Assembly (NCBI GenBank): GCA_013265495.1 | Contig: MU059902.1 | Coordinates: forward strand, 1,612,001-1,676,000 | DNA from: Vicugna vicugna | Lineage: Eukaryota | Length of the DNA: 64,000 nucleotides | Direction: 5' to 3' | In this document: positions 28,101-41,824 of the stretch, one piece after another | How positions within the stretch are numbered: the stretch's first letter is position 1 | How the letters are laid out: every line of letters starts with the position of its first letter | Position numbers and translations under genes: made by a program | The notes under the pieces: model-generated | What the model was told of the DNA's origin: nothing | Seen by the model: only the letters and a program-made list of their open reading frames with translations | Database searches by the model: none

Positions 28101-30969
28101 TACACAGTAGGCACTCAGTAAGCATTCGCTGGGTGTGGAAAGGACCCATGATGCATCCTCAGCAGTGGATAGTTTCCAAGCACGTGGCCCCAGGAACCCC
28201 CTGCAAAGTCCCCCCGAGCTGCTACTGCCCCGTGTGTCCCGGGTGTGCTCCCGATGCAGGACACCTGCTCCTCTCCTCCAAGCCTCCCAGGAGGAGGGCT
28301 CTCGGGTGCCCTCAGACCACACAGCTGGGACCCCGTGAGCCACACAAACTCCCTGAGAGCAGGACGCAGCCGAGGGGCTTCTGTCCATTCTGGCAGATTC
28401 CAGGGAAGCCACCGCCATCCTCTAGAAACGTGGCCCAGTGTGGTGGGTGTGGGGACCCCCTCACCTGGCCCCAGTGTGCCAGGCTGTGCTGCGGGGTTGG
28501 TCCAGCAGCCCAGGAAGGCAGAAACCAGTCTGACAAAGGCTGTGGTTTCGCCCTGGGTTCTGAGTGCTGTGGACGGCGTGGCTCACAGAGGCCGGGGTGC
28601 TTGTTACCAAGGAGCAGTGGGGAGCAGTGTCCGCCTTCAGGCTTTTGGAGGGGAAAGTCAGGAGTGCCTTCAACATCCAGGCATGGTCCTTGTTTTTGTT
28701 TTTAGTGGCCTTCATTTTCACCCCATCACAGGACCACAGAGCAAAGGCTCTCCCTCCCCGTCCTCCATCCTCGGATTGGAGCCAGGAGCTCCCTCGGGGC
28801 AGAGGCAGGAGGACTGGTGGCCAAGGCCACAGGGAAGGGGCTGGGCACTCAGCAGCAGGTCCAGAGTCAGACTCCTGGGATGTGTGTGTGGCCTGGCATG
28901 AACTGGGCCACCAGTGTGCAGGTCTCAGGGCCCGGGGCCGCCTTCCCAGCCATGGGAGGAGGACGTGCTCAGCTCAGCACGGGCGAGCAGTGGTCACTAC
29001 CATCGCCAGCATCACAGCTCGATTTTTGAGTCGAGAGTGGTTCTCTGAGATGTGGAAATCAAGCAGGCATGGGTCACAGTGAGTCCTGGGCCTCCCGGTT
29101 AGGATCCTGTGGTTGCGTCCGTGGCCCTCTGCTGGCGACAGACCAGAAGGTCAGGTGGCTTTTTGGAGCCAGCCTAGGGCAGGCCCGATGCTCCGCTCAG
29201 CTGTCTCCAAGCAGTGCCTGACTCAGTGGATTCTTAGGAAAAAGAGGCCGATGGCAACCCTTCCCATGTGTAGAAGTATTTTTGTTTACTTAGAAAGTTC
29301 TAGGAAGAGGACCCAGGGTTTGATAAGCCAGGAGTGAGGAGGAGCCGCCCCGTTCCTCAGCTCCCTTGCAGATTTGAGCATTCTGGGCAAAAACAGTCTA
29401 GACCAGGGGACAGCCATCCAACATCACACCTCCTAGAAAATCTAAAGCTCTTCTAGAGCAAGATAAATGTGAGGAGGACAAATCTGGGGTCCCAGAAAAA
29501 GCATGGGACTAACGGGAGGCCCAAAGGGGCTGTGTGACTCTGAAAAGTCACCAGACCTCTCTGTGCTTCACCTATGCATGGAGCAGGGACAATGAGACCT
29601 GCCTCACTTACCTCATTACCACGAAGGATAAAACGACATGGCATTTATCCAGTGGGCTCACAGGGAAAGGACTCACTGATTTCAAGCAGGGTGGGCTGCT
29701 GGGAGGAGGTGGCATCTTAGACAGCTCTTAGGAGATGAATCAAATCAATGAGCAGACAAGAGGTGGGAAGTCTTCACTTGTAGGACAAGCCTGAGCATAG
29801 GCAGAGAGCATGTCTGTGGTTGAAGAGGGCTTTGTGGCTGCAGCCGGCCAGAGGGTGATGGGCTCTGGGAGGCAGGTTGGGTGTGAGGAGTTTAGACCTG
29901 GTCCCTTAGGCTCTGGGCGGCCACGGGACATGTTAAGAGGTCAAGGATGAGCTCAGACCTGTTTACAGCTTCCCCGGCTGCAGGGTGCAGATGGATGGTG
30001 AGGGCAGACTGGAGACAAGTGCTCCTGGCCCAGGGCAGGAGGCCCGGACCCCGGGGACCCTGCAGGAACCACCTCAGCTCTGGAGGGAGGCAGGCAATAG
30101 CACTGAGAAAGGTCTGGGGGAAGCTGTGGATGGGGCAAGAAGGCTGCGGCCCAGGTGGGGAGGTGGCCAGCGTCGCCGGCAGAGGGTCGTGGTTTCTACA
30201 GCCAACGTCCCTAGCTGGCCAGGGCAGGGTGATGGGACACATCAGTTGCCCATAAACCAGACTCTCCATGGAGGCCGGCAATGGGCCCAGGACCCCCGCT
30301 GCCTGTTCGGGGCTTGCGGTCAGTTTGTCCGTATGTCCCCCAAACATAGGGACCATGCAGCGAGGGGGCGAGGGGCCAGGCCCCAGTGCAGTGGGCACAA
30401 CAGTGACGGGCCGTCCTCCCGTCTGGGCACGCACAGCCAGCGCGCCCAGCACGGGGAGCCCTCCCAGCCAGCTCGAGAGTCCAGCGGTGGAAGATGGTGA
30501 GAAGCCACGTGATGAAGGACCGAGGCACCCGCAGGATGTCGGAGATTCGTCCAGATCCACAACCAGGCACTGGAAGATGGCGGGTGCAGGTGGCTGGGTC
30601 AAGTCCGAGGGCGGGATGGGCGCTCACCTGGCTCGCCTGCTCCACCCTCTGGAGGTTCCCGCCTTACCCGGCCTCTCATAATCCGAGCGTCTGATCCTCT
30701 GAACACACCATCCCCTTCTCCCTAGGACAGCAACCTCCTGACCCCATCACCCCATCCTCCTACCCGGCCCATGTTCTTCACAGCACTTACCTTCATCCTC
30801 AGGCCTAGAGATGGGCGTGTTCTCTGTCCCCCTGCTCTCCTGTCAGCTCCCTGGGGGCGGAGACTTGCTCACAGCTGGATCCCCAGCACCTACCACTGCC
30901 TGCCACCCCCAGGGCACTGCTGGGTGTCTCTAGGGTGGATGAGTGGACGTGTCGCTGGCTGGCCAGATA

Positions 30970-31050
30970 TAAGGATGGATGGCTGGATGGCAGGATGGCT
31001 GGATAGCTGGATGGCTGGCTGAGAGAATGAGTGAGTGAATGAGGCCTTCT
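30970..31050. repeat. Degenerate (GGAT/GGCT)n repeat, probably an L2 tail
   Basis: Read directly. Confidence 0.75.
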
Positions 31051-31407
31051 GACCCAAAAGCTCTGTAAGCTCTAACTATTCTGGGCTGCAACATACAGTT
31101 AGACAAGGCTCCCTCCGCCCAGCACTGTGGACACGCGGGGCCGGGTAACTGCTGTGGGTGGCTGCCCTGTGCGCTGGGGGACGTTTTCAGCACCGAGGGC
31201 GGCAGCGCCCCCCCCACCTCGAGCTGTGCCTACTGAGAATAACTTCAGACGCTGCCAAGTGTCTTCCAGGTGGGAGGTGGGGGTGGGAGGGGCTGCAGAG
31301 CTGCAGCCAGCTCTGCACTCGTGCACCAGCGATCCTCGCAGCCCCTCCCACGACCTCTCACCCCTCGGGGGAGCCACGACTAGAAACCGCGGGCTTCGCT
31401 GCTGCCC

Positions 31408-31413
31408 TTTATT
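31408..31413 (-). terminator. SLC45A1: SLC45A1 polyadenylation signal AATAAA
   Basis: TTTATT on + about 60 nt after the stop, implying a short (~85 nt) 3' UTR. Confidence 0.85.
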
Positions 31414-31473
31414 GTTTGATCACATAGTTACACCCCTTGGTTTTCGGCGGCCCGCCTGCCCCAGACCCGGGCG

Positions 31474-31818
<345 letters not shown>

Positions 31819-32825
31819 TCAGAGAGGGCGCACAAGAGGTGGAATCCATGGCCGGGCGCACAAGGCTCTCCCCGCCCACCACCCCCAACTCTCTCCTAAA
31901 GGAAACAGCACACACAGCCCCCACACAAGCTCGTCCCCTTTCTTAACCCTTGTCGCCACAAGGCCTGCCACATGTCACCCACCAGAGACCCAGGCACCGT
32001 CTGCAGCACCGTCCCCTCTGGCCCCGGCTCCACCTGGGACACATCACTCTCCCTCCATTCTCACCCACGGCCCCTGGGGGCCCCGGGGGTGCTCGTGGAA
32101 TGTGGTCTTGGAGCAGAGCTGCCAGGGCAGTGGGAGTGAGTCTGCCCCCTGTGTGGGCCACCCTCACCCACAGGCTGCCGCTGGGCACGCCCAGGGGCCA
32201 CCACAGCCGGGTCCTGTGTGCAGGTGTAACTGTGGCCACCTCTGGGATGCTGCTGGACACCCCCCGGGGCTGTGTCCCCACGAACTCTGTGAACTGGGAG
32301 GACACGGTGAACCTTGAGCCCGCAGCCCAGCAGGGACCGGGAGGGACCCGTGTGTGCAGAAGCCTCAACGGGCAGCAGAAGCCCGAGCTTCTGGTCAGCT
32401 CCAACCCAACCCGGGTGGAGTGGCCCGAGGCCCTGGGTCCCCTCCCATGGGGCAGGACAGCCCTTCGCCAAAGACCAGCCCATCCGTGTGTACTGGGGAA
32501 AGGGTCTCCAGGCTGCAGGGACCCGACAAGGGGACAGTGACACTCAGGTAGCCTGCAGGGCTCACAGGGCCACTGCCTCAGCGCCGCCCTTGGGGAGGAT
32601 CAGCCGGTGACCACACTATGGCCCAGGGACAGTGGGGCTGGTGGCTGCAGCACCTGCGGCTCCAGGCCACTTGACTTTTTGTAAAAAGCACTGTGTTCAG
32701 GCTGCCTGGCTGTTCAGGCTGCCTGGCTGGGCTCAGAGCCTCCAAACTCCTTCAGACAAATCAGAGCACAGCCCGGGGCCGGGGCAGGGGGAGGCGATGG
32801 AGGCCCAGAGTTAAAGGGGCAGGGC

Positions 32826-32915
32826 CGGGGTGTGGCTCAGTGGCAGAGCATGTGCTTAGCATGCATGAGGTCCTGGGTTCAGTCCCTGGTACCTCAATTA
32901 AAAGAAAAAAAAAAA
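32826..32915 (+). mobile_element. tRNA-Ala-derived SINE (camelid Vic-1-like)
   Basis: GGGGTGTGGCTCAGTGGCAGAGCATGTGCTTAGCATGCATGAGGTCCTGGGTTCAGTCCC with A and B boxes and an A-rich tail. Confidence 0.85.
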
Positions 32916-32989
32916 GATTTGAATCCAAAGTTAAAGTGTCTTTGAGAAAGCTGGTTATCAAGGTGGTCTTTGAATGCAGTATTTTAAAA

Positions 32990-33380
32990 TCTCAGTTACT
33001 GCCACACATCAATGATGGGGACGTTATTTGGCCACAAGAAGCGGTGAGGCAGGGACCCATGCTCCACGTGGATGAACCGTGACAATGTGAGGCAGGGAGG
33101 AGCCAGACACAAAAGGCCACGGATCATCCGGTCCCACTGACGAGACATGCCCAGGGCAGGCAAGTGCACGGACACAGAGATCAGCGGCTGCCGGGGGCTG
33201 GGGAGGGGAGGGCTGGAGGGTGATGGCTAATGGGTAGGGGCTTCTTTTCGGGGTGACGAGAATGTTCTAGAATTGATGGTGGCGATGGTCCCCCACCCCT
33301 GTGAATACACTGACAACCACCGAGCTGTCACTCGAAATGGCTGAACGTGCAGTATTGGGGTGAATTCTACCCCAATGAAG
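32990..33380 (+). mobile_element. L1MB-like 3' end
   Basis: GGATGAACCGTGA...AGCCAGACACAAAAGGCCAC...AATGTTCTAGAATTGATGGTGG pattern. Confidence 0.65.
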
Positions 33381-33886
33381 CTGTTCGAGGAAAGTCACGC
33401 TAAGCGAAATGCCAGCGTTTTACACGAAGACAGGCTTCGTATTCCTGACTGCCCCCCAGCCCCGAGACCTGGGTGGCCCTGTCCCTCGTCCCGTCTTCAC
33501 TTCAGGATGGGCTCTGGGCGTCGATTCTCGTCTGCACAGACACCGTGTTGACATCTTATCGTTGATCCTGATTGCTGAGCTGGTGGTGCTGTAGGTGAGA
33601 GCCTCCCTCCCTCCCTCACCTGAGGCTCCATGCTCACAGGTGACCCCGAAGCCTGGCAGATGGGACCCACGGGGGGGCCGCCCCCTCCACCCTCCCTCCG
33701 CCCAGCTCCCTAGGCGGCAGCTACCTGCCCGGGTTCACGCTCTGCTGATGCTTCCCGGTAACGCTCACGCTCGAACGCGGCCCACGAGCCGCGCAGTGGG
33801 TCCCGGGACCCTGCCCCCGTGGGGTTGCTCCCAAAGCTGGGTGGTGCCCTTTTCGGGGACCCGAAGCCAGAAAGTGGGGCACTGAC

Positions 33887-34092
33887 CTGCCTGCTGTGGT
33901 AGTAGTCACACAGCAGCGAGTAGGGCAGGGTGCACAGTGTGGAGAACAGGACCCCGTAGGTGATGCAGAGGGACAGGACCACGTAGAGGTTCCTGGACAG
34001 GGTGGCCAGCCCGGTCCCCAGGCCAAAGGCCAGGTAGGCGATGAAGTACAGCGTGCGGACACTCAGGTGCTCTTCCAGTTTCTCCAGAATAG
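33887..34092 (-). CDS. SLC45A1: SLC45A1 coding exon ([16 protein letters not shown]...CDYYHSRQ), 206 nt
   Basis: CCCGCAG| acceptor, CAG|GTCAGT donor; hydrophobic TM segments. Confidence 0.96.
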
Positions 34093-34409
34093 CTGCGGGC
34101 CAGATGGGAGGGTGAGTGGCGCCCTATCCCGAGGCAGCGGCCACCTTCTCCAGGCCACCTTCTCCAGGCTGACTCTGGGGCTGGCAGGCAGCTTGCCCTT
34201 GGCCGGGAGACCCACACGGGGGCCCAGGGGAGCTGGGGGACCTCTGTCTTGCAGCTCAGACTCCACACCATGCCCCTTCTCGGCATCAAATGCCCCAGCC
34301 GTGGGAGAACCCGGCACCCAGGGTCCCGGGTCAGCCAGGGAAAGCCAAGAGCTTCTTTCTTAAGACGGTCCCCCCACCCCCCACAAGAGTCCTGGTCCTG
34401 GACTGTGGC

Positions 34410-34600
34410 ACTGGAACTCACTAACGGGGGAGAAACACAGCCGGGGGCCGCGGTCCCCAGCTCTCAGGACGGGTCCGGCCGGCAGTCTGTTTTTGTACCG
34501 CCCGGAGCTAAGAATGGTTTTCATATTTTTAAATAGTCAAAACAAATCCAGAGAAGACAAATACTTTGCGGCACATGAAAATGACACCAAATTCAAAATC
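34410..34600 (+). mobile_element. hAT-Charlie MER58-like DNA transposon fragment
   Basis: TGTTTTTGTACCGCCCGGAGCTAAGAATGGTTTTCATATTTTTAAAT resembles MER58B as recalled. Confidence 0.55.
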
Positions 34601-35304
34601 ATCAGCTGTGGGAGAAGGGCACGAAAATGCAGGTTATTTCTTTCATTCTTTTTAGGATGTGTTTGAGCCTGAATGACTACCAGTCTAAAGCAAATGTAAG
34701 GGGTTAACATTCTTGAAAAACAGGGTAACCACAAATCAGAAACATACAAGAGTCACAGAAACCAAGAAGAAAAGAAATCAAGCTAATACAAAAGAGAACG
34801 ATCAAACTACAAAAGGAAAAACAAAAAGAAAAAGAAGAACAAATCCCTGTGACGCTGAGTGACGTGCTGCTGGAACTCGGCCACGTGCATATGCCACGCC
34901 TCAGCCACCGCGGTTTCTGAGCCTCCGGGGCAGCACCAGTTGCCCCAGTGGAGCTTGTGGCCTAAAAGGCCAAAGGGTGGACTCGGGGGCCTTGTACAGG
35001 AAAGGTGGGGGGGTCCCTGAGATGAAGTTTGCAGGCTGCACACCACCAGGCAGGCTCCCCACTGGCCGCCCCAGGAACCAGCAGGAATTCAGCACAGCAT
35101 CCCTGTGTCTGTGGTCACCCCGGGCGAAACCTAAGGGTCACCCTGGACTCCGTCCCGGCCCACCCCACGTGCGCCACGATCTCACCCCACCGGCCCCTGT
35201 GGTCTCACCTGCACCCTCCCCACTCCGGTCCCTCTTGGGGAAGGACTGGAGAGGTGGGGGTGGCCTCACGGTTCATCCCTGGGCCTCTGCTTGGCCCTGA
35301 CTCA

Positions 35305-35823
<519 letters not shown>

Positions 35824-35950
35824 TCAGCCAGCAGCACGTGCATTTGACCGGTGATCAAAGCCGACTCGTAGATTCAAAACTTAAACAAATGATCATTTGA
35901 GTGTTTGAGATTTGCAGATGTTAACCTCTCTCTCTATAAAATAGATTTGA

Positions 35951-36165
35951 AAAAACAAATTTCTTCTGTCCAGCACAGGGAACTATATTCAACATCTTGC
36001 AATAGCCTTTAATGAAAAAGAATATGAAAACGAATATGTGTATATATACGCATGACTGGGACACTGTGCTGTACACCAGAAATGGACACACTGTGACTGA
36101 GTGTACTTCAGTTCAAAAATATGAAAACGAAAAAAACCAAAACCAAACAAACCAAAAAAAGAAGA
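35951..36165 (+). mobile_element. 5'-truncated, lineage-type (cetartiodactyl) L1 3' end
   Basis: AGCACAGGGAACTATATTCAAC...GCTGTACACCAGAAATGGACAC and an A-rich tail. Confidence 0.8.
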
Positions 36166-37446
36166 GGCGACCTGTAGCTTCACCACCCAGAGAAGACTTT
36201 ACCTGTTAAAATTTTGTAGGTTTCCTCCCTGCCTTTTGAAAAGTAAATATATATTCTAACAGGCTCTGTTGCGTGAAGGTTTTGCGTTCTGTTCTCTTTG
36301 AACGTTATTGCCATGAGGAGCGCGCGCCCCCCACCTCCTCGTCCTCTTCTACAGGGGAGACAAGGGCTGTGGGAGGGGCTCCAGCCACAGGGCAGGGGAG
36401 GGGTCGCCCGCTTACTGGGGGGGGAGGCACATTAGGGAGTGAAAGTGTGGATGCAGATCAACCTGCTCTGTTACTGAGAAACCCGCAGAGCTCCTGCCTC
36501 TGACTTCCGAGCCAATTTCCTCTCTGATAGAGGAAGGAGGTGGGGTTTATTGGGCCTCTTGAACCCCAATAATAATCATGCCTACTTCTTACGCTGTTAA
36601 AAATTCTTAAACAGCCTCATTTCAATGCAGTAAACGATTTCACAATGTGGAGACCCCCTAATATATTTACCCTGTCTCCCACTGTGGGACACTCACACCT
36701 TCCCAACCCCTCAGTCTTCGACTGTTATAAATCACGCCATGGTAAGCACCCCGCACATGTAACCCTGATGCAACCCCCCACTGCATCCTGGCACAGAACG
36801 CCACATAGGGACGCCGGGGTAACAGTTACGGGCGTTTCTAAGATTCTTGCTTGTCTTGCCAAACTGCCTTCCAGAAAGTCATTCTGGTCTGCATCCCGCA
36901 GTGCTCGAGAGCCCCTGATTATCTCCGATTCTCAAAGATCCTCAGATGTTCAGCAACCCAACAGCAAAGAGATATCAAAGGCAATGAAATGTACGTTGGG
37001 GCTTTTCAGTCCTGAATGGAGGCAGGGCCTGTGAACCTGAGACCAGCCCCAGACGTACGTACCAGACGTACGTACGTGTCTGCCTGTGGCTCTGTCTCAG
37101 CTCTAAGCGGGAGATGGCGGCGGGGCCCACTCCCACCGGTGGGGAAGGGCCATCCCTCCCTTCACTGCGAGTTGCTGGAAGAGCTCTTGGTCCTGAGGCT
37201 CTGGGCTCTGTGGAGACCCAGGTGTCTGGCCGCAGGAGGAGGCTGCTCTCAGGAACACCTGGTTTACTCTGGGGCTGCCGCGAGCAGACACCTCTCTGGC
37301 TTCTCCTGGAGCAAAGCCCTCCGGTCCCCCCACCAGCCTCTGGGAAGTGGGGCTCCGGGATCCCGAGCCCCGGGCGGGAACCCCCACCGCCACGCAGGGC
37401 CACCCGAGCGGGGCGGGACACGCGGGAGGCTTTGCTGGGAGCTCAC

Positions 37447-37600
37447 CCAGGAAGTGGTTGACGCAGAGGTGGCGCAGGGCCCTGGGCATGTTGCAGATGG
37501 TGACACAGAGGTGCCTCACGGACAGAGGCCGCCCCGAGGGCTCACCGGAGCCCGTCAGCTGGCTCTCGTATTTCACACCATTCAGTAAAATATTTGCCAC
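37447..37600 (-). CDS. SLC45A1: SLC45A1 coding exon ([13 protein letters not shown]...CVNHFLG), 154 nt
   Basis: CTTACAG| acceptor, G|GTGAGC donor; phase 0-1 fits both neighbours. Confidence 0.96.
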
Positions 37601-39849
37601 CTGTAAGGGAAGCCCCAAAAGTCCCTGGTCAGAGCATCCAACCCTGGCTTCCCCACCCTGCGGAAGCGCGTCTTTTGCTCCCGTGAGAAAGTCAGTCAGA
37701 AACACAGACCCAGAAGCTGTGAAGGTTTGCCTTCCTGGACGGCGTTAACGGGGCCCCAGCACCACCCGAAGGAGAGAAGGGCTCCAGCTCATCCCTGCAG
37801 TGACGGGAGCAGCAGAGAATCGAGTCTCCCTCCTGTGCCGGCCTTTTGGCCACAGAGAGGAAGTTTGTACTTTGCCAAATGTGAAATGCAGTGAAAGAAA
37901 AGAAATACTGGTCAGTTCAACTCAGCATGATGAAGCCTGTCTTCTCCACAAGAAAGGATGTAAAAGACTGGTTTGAAGGTGATTTGGGGTCTCTTCAAAC
38001 TTCTCTCTGGACACGTGGACTCCTATCTACACTGGGGTTAGGGCGGCCAAGGGAGCAGGTGCAGGGCACTGACGGCGAAGGCTCGCCGTGCGCCCAGACG
38101 GCCCCAGTGTCACCGGCACGGGAACTGGACCCAGCGGGGCTCAGGGGCGACGTTCCATTGACAAATACGCTCACACGTCGCTTGGCTGCCTCTCCCCGGA
38201 ATCTCGAGGCCCCTTTGCAGACACCAGGCAGGTGAACGAATCGCTTTGGAAGGCAGATGTCTCCAGAGAAGAGACAGCACCTTACTCTGGCTCCACGGGG
38301 GAGCGGCACCTGGATGTTCTGGATGGGAATGTTAAAAGGATGGAAACTGCCCAGGTGCTGGCTCCCAGGGGAGCCGCGTCAACACAGCCTGTCACCCACG
38401 GCTGCCCGAGGGAGACTTGAACTGACACCTACGTCCCCACTGAGCCCGGATGTGTTATATTTAGCTCAAGGTCTTCACTCCTCAAAGAACTGATTCGAGA
38501 ATGGAAATTTCTAAAAAGATTTACAAGAGATATTCAAACATAATCTAACAACTGTGTCTGGAAGCCAGATGGAATTTTTGGAAACAGGATAGGATGACTG
38601 GTACTGACAAAAGGCTCGAGGAACTCACTGCTCTGGTGTCATCAAGGACTGTGCACTTGACTCGAGCAGTTAGAAAAACCGCTTTCCTTTGCCAATGATG
38701 GGATTTCCTAACCCTCCAGTGATCTCTGGTTCTTCAAATGTTTTCCAGATCAGAGCTCACGGTGCTGCCCATGGGGGCCTGGGGACTTCCCTGCAGGACT
38801 GGAGCCCACCTTTGCAGAGTGCCTCCTCAAAGTGAGACGCATGGACCCGAAGACGTGATAAAAGTGGCACTAAGACTGGCCAGCAGTAACGCGAAGGAGG
38901 CATGGTCGTGCTTAAGAATCTAACAAGGAGGAGAACATGGGCAGCCACCTCCACATGTCTCCGAGCTGCCCCCCACAAAATCAGGGGGCCCCCGGGGGGA
39001 TACGTGACAGATGTGTCCAAGGGGTGCGGCCAGGGCACCTGCCTTCAGAACTGCCCCCAGAACTGCCCCCCCCCGGGGGGGAACCTGTGCAGGTTGAACA
39101 TGGGTCATAGATTCCTGCTCAGGAAGCTCCAAGCGCCCTGGACGCCCCCGAGGGCAGGTGGGCCGTAGAACCCTTACATCTGCTTTAAATGAGAAAATAA
39201 CTCCCTTTTATTTAAAGTGACCTCTTTCAGATCACGAACTCTGAAAACAACCCAGATCCCACGTATCAGCTCATGGCCTTTTGGTCAGTCTGGCCTATAC
39301 GGCATACACCACCAGCAGCCTTTCCGGAAGACGGTCTGTCTTCCCAGAACATGCTGGTGCCTTTGAAGATCCAGAGTTTTGACAGCCTCTGGGCTGGTTG
39401 GTTAAGGTTGCCCACCTGGAGAGGGAGGTGGGGAGGACGGAGGCCCCGGAAACATCCGCCTGGGTTCATCAGGAAGACTCAGTTTGGTTGGCACTGGGCA
39501 CGTGTAGCCAAAATGGGCTGTGGACATGGTGGGGGAAGACCAGAAGCGACCGAAATGGGTCAGATGCTGCAACAGACTCAAGGCAGGCAAATGCAAGGGT
39601 GTTTAAAAGTACCTGCCCTGCGCCGCCCAGCTCCCAGCAGAGGCCTGGGTGGCACCCTCTGGGCTCACGGTGGGCACAGACTCCTCCACCGACCCTGGGT
39701 AAGGATGTGAGGTGAGGGTGTCCTGGGGCTTGTCTCTTTAGACCCAGGTCCTTCCTGACGGACGTCATCTGGATGTGCTGGCAATCTCCCTCCCAGTCAT
39801 CTAATTGATGGGGGGGTGGCACACGGTGCCCTCCCACATTTGCTTTTAC

Positions 39850-40589
39850 CTGTTGACTGAAGGTCACATTCCTTCTCCTGCTGGTGTCGGGGCCCCCTCC
39901 TCCGGCCGCATCTGGAATGGCCAGGGTCTGGGGTCTCTTCAGGATCCCAGCCGACCGCGGCTTGGACGTGTCCAGGGAGCCCACCCTCAGCACGTCGCCG
40001 TCCAGGCCGGCGGCCAGGGCGGCCTCCCGCCTCTCCCCGAGGCCGCGCTCCTGGCGGTAGAAGCTGTCGGGGGCCCGGGGGAAGCTGACGCTGATGGGCT
40101 GCCTGGGGACACTGCTGGGGATGGCCAGGTAGCTGTCGGGGCCGCCCGTGAAACAGTCGATGAGGACGCTGTCTATGTTGGAAGTGGCGAAGGATGAGGC
40201 GAACTCGTTGATGCCGGTCAGGGAGCTGTCCCTGCTGATGAAGCTGCCGTACTTGGGCGTGAGGGGGCTGAGCGGGGAGATGGGGCTGGAGAAGCTGGCG
40301 TACAGGCTGCTGGCCGCGTGGCAGGGGAGGGTCTGGCCAGTGCCCTCCTCGCACAGGACGGGCGGGGAGGGGGGCAGCGGGAGGCTGGGGCTCTTCATGG
40401 CCGTCCTCTTCTCGCCTGGGGGCCTCAGGGGCCTCTCGGGGATGCTGACCAGGGTCAGGACGGTGGTGATGCTCAGGGTGACCGCCGTGAAGATGTAGAT
40501 GACCCTCAGCTGCCCGCCCAGGGCTCTCCCGAAGCTGGTTTTGTCCCAGTGGATCCCCCCGACCACATATCCGAACCCTCCTCCGAGGC
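39850..40589 (-). CDS. SLC45A1: SLC45A1 coding exon ([15 protein letters not shown]...NVTFSQQ), 740 nt; TM5-6 and the large cytoplasmic loop
   Basis: CTCTCCCCAG| acceptor, CAG|GTAAAA donor. ORF 39469..40566 covers most of it and runs on into the intron. Confidence 0.97.
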
Positions 40590-41824
40590 CTGGGGAGAGA
40601 AGCAGGGGTCAATGCCCGCGCGGGCGGGGAAGAAAGCCTGGAGGAAGGTGTTCCCTCCTCACCTGACTCACAAAATCTACTCCAAGGACCGAGATGTCCC
40701 ACCCACTCCCCCTAACACAAAGGAGAAGAGAATAGGGCTCCGGGGGTCCCCTGGGGGAACCCCATCCTGTGCTCTCAAGGGCTGCCTCCTGGGGCCTGAT
40801 GACTGCCTGTCCACATTCTCTTCCCCCTTAACACAGCCTTTTAGAAATACCAAAAGTGAGCGTCGACACCAGGTCACCTCCCCCATTCCAGGACCCACTG
40901 CCCACAACGTCAATGCCGCGTTAGCAGGGGCGACCTCGTCCCCAGCATGTGGACCACTGCATGTGTGCACCCGGGAGTTCCCACAGCCGTGCTGGTCTTG
41001 CTCACCTGGTGACACCGTCCTTGGGCACAACCACCATTAAGAAAGTCACCCCTAGCGGGTCACCCCGGTGGCCGGCTTTCTGGGCCATCGAGCCATCGGG
41101 AACCACAGAGCTGGAGGAACCTGGTCCTTTCCTTGGTTCTCACTCACTGACTCCACGGCCTCAGGGACCCGGCCAACGCCAGCGGCTCACGCAGCACAAC
41201 GTAAAAACGCGGGTGAGGTCTCATTGCTCCCAGCCAGGGGTCACCGACACTCTCACCTCGGAACGTGCTGCTTCCTCGGGCCCAGCGCGGAGCTTCCAGC
41301 CATGAGTGCCAGGCCCGGCGGCCCCCCGAGTCCTGCCCGCCCAGCCCCTTCGCCGCTCGAAGCAGCCGATGGGCTTCTAGTTTTGGGTCCAGCTGAAGTC
41401 TGACCAGGCTCCTGGCGGGGAGGCGCCTGCTCTCAGCTTGGTCCTGGTGATGCAGAGAAGCCTGCATCTGACCGGCTCCTGCCCTCCGCCTGGGGAGACC
41501 CGGGCGTATCAGAGGTTGGCCTTGGACGGAATTGTCTATGGAAAGGCCTGGGCTTGGACCCAACCTTTCGCATGTCCCTCGGTGGGACATGACCCTGAAT
41601 CTAGTTATTCAGTGGTTCCTCTGTACAGCTTCCTTCACCCAGACTGTCCTCACCGGCCTTTAACCTCATGTCCGCAACCCCCATCCCCAATTATTCTTAA
41701 CTTTCTACGTTCATGGTCCTAATTAGCTCCCCCCACCCCTTCGGAAGAAAACAATTGCTATTTTGTGACCCTCAGTCACAGTCAGATTTGAGAGAACTTG
41801 ATCAACTATTTTTTTTTAATGATT

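Noticed and set aside
26897-30681. Several 200-260-aa ORFs in the intergenic spacer (26897..27685, 27804..28418, 28028..28705, 28245..28901, 29892..30602)
   Set aside because: They overlap on both strands, show no recognisable domain, cross L2/MIR remnants, and are expected in high-GC DNA.
39797-40702. 301-aa alternative-frame ORF overlapping the large SLC45A1 exon
   Set aside because: It starts in the intron, has Pro/Arg/Gln-biased composition typical of a shifted GC-rich frame, and is not linked to other exons.
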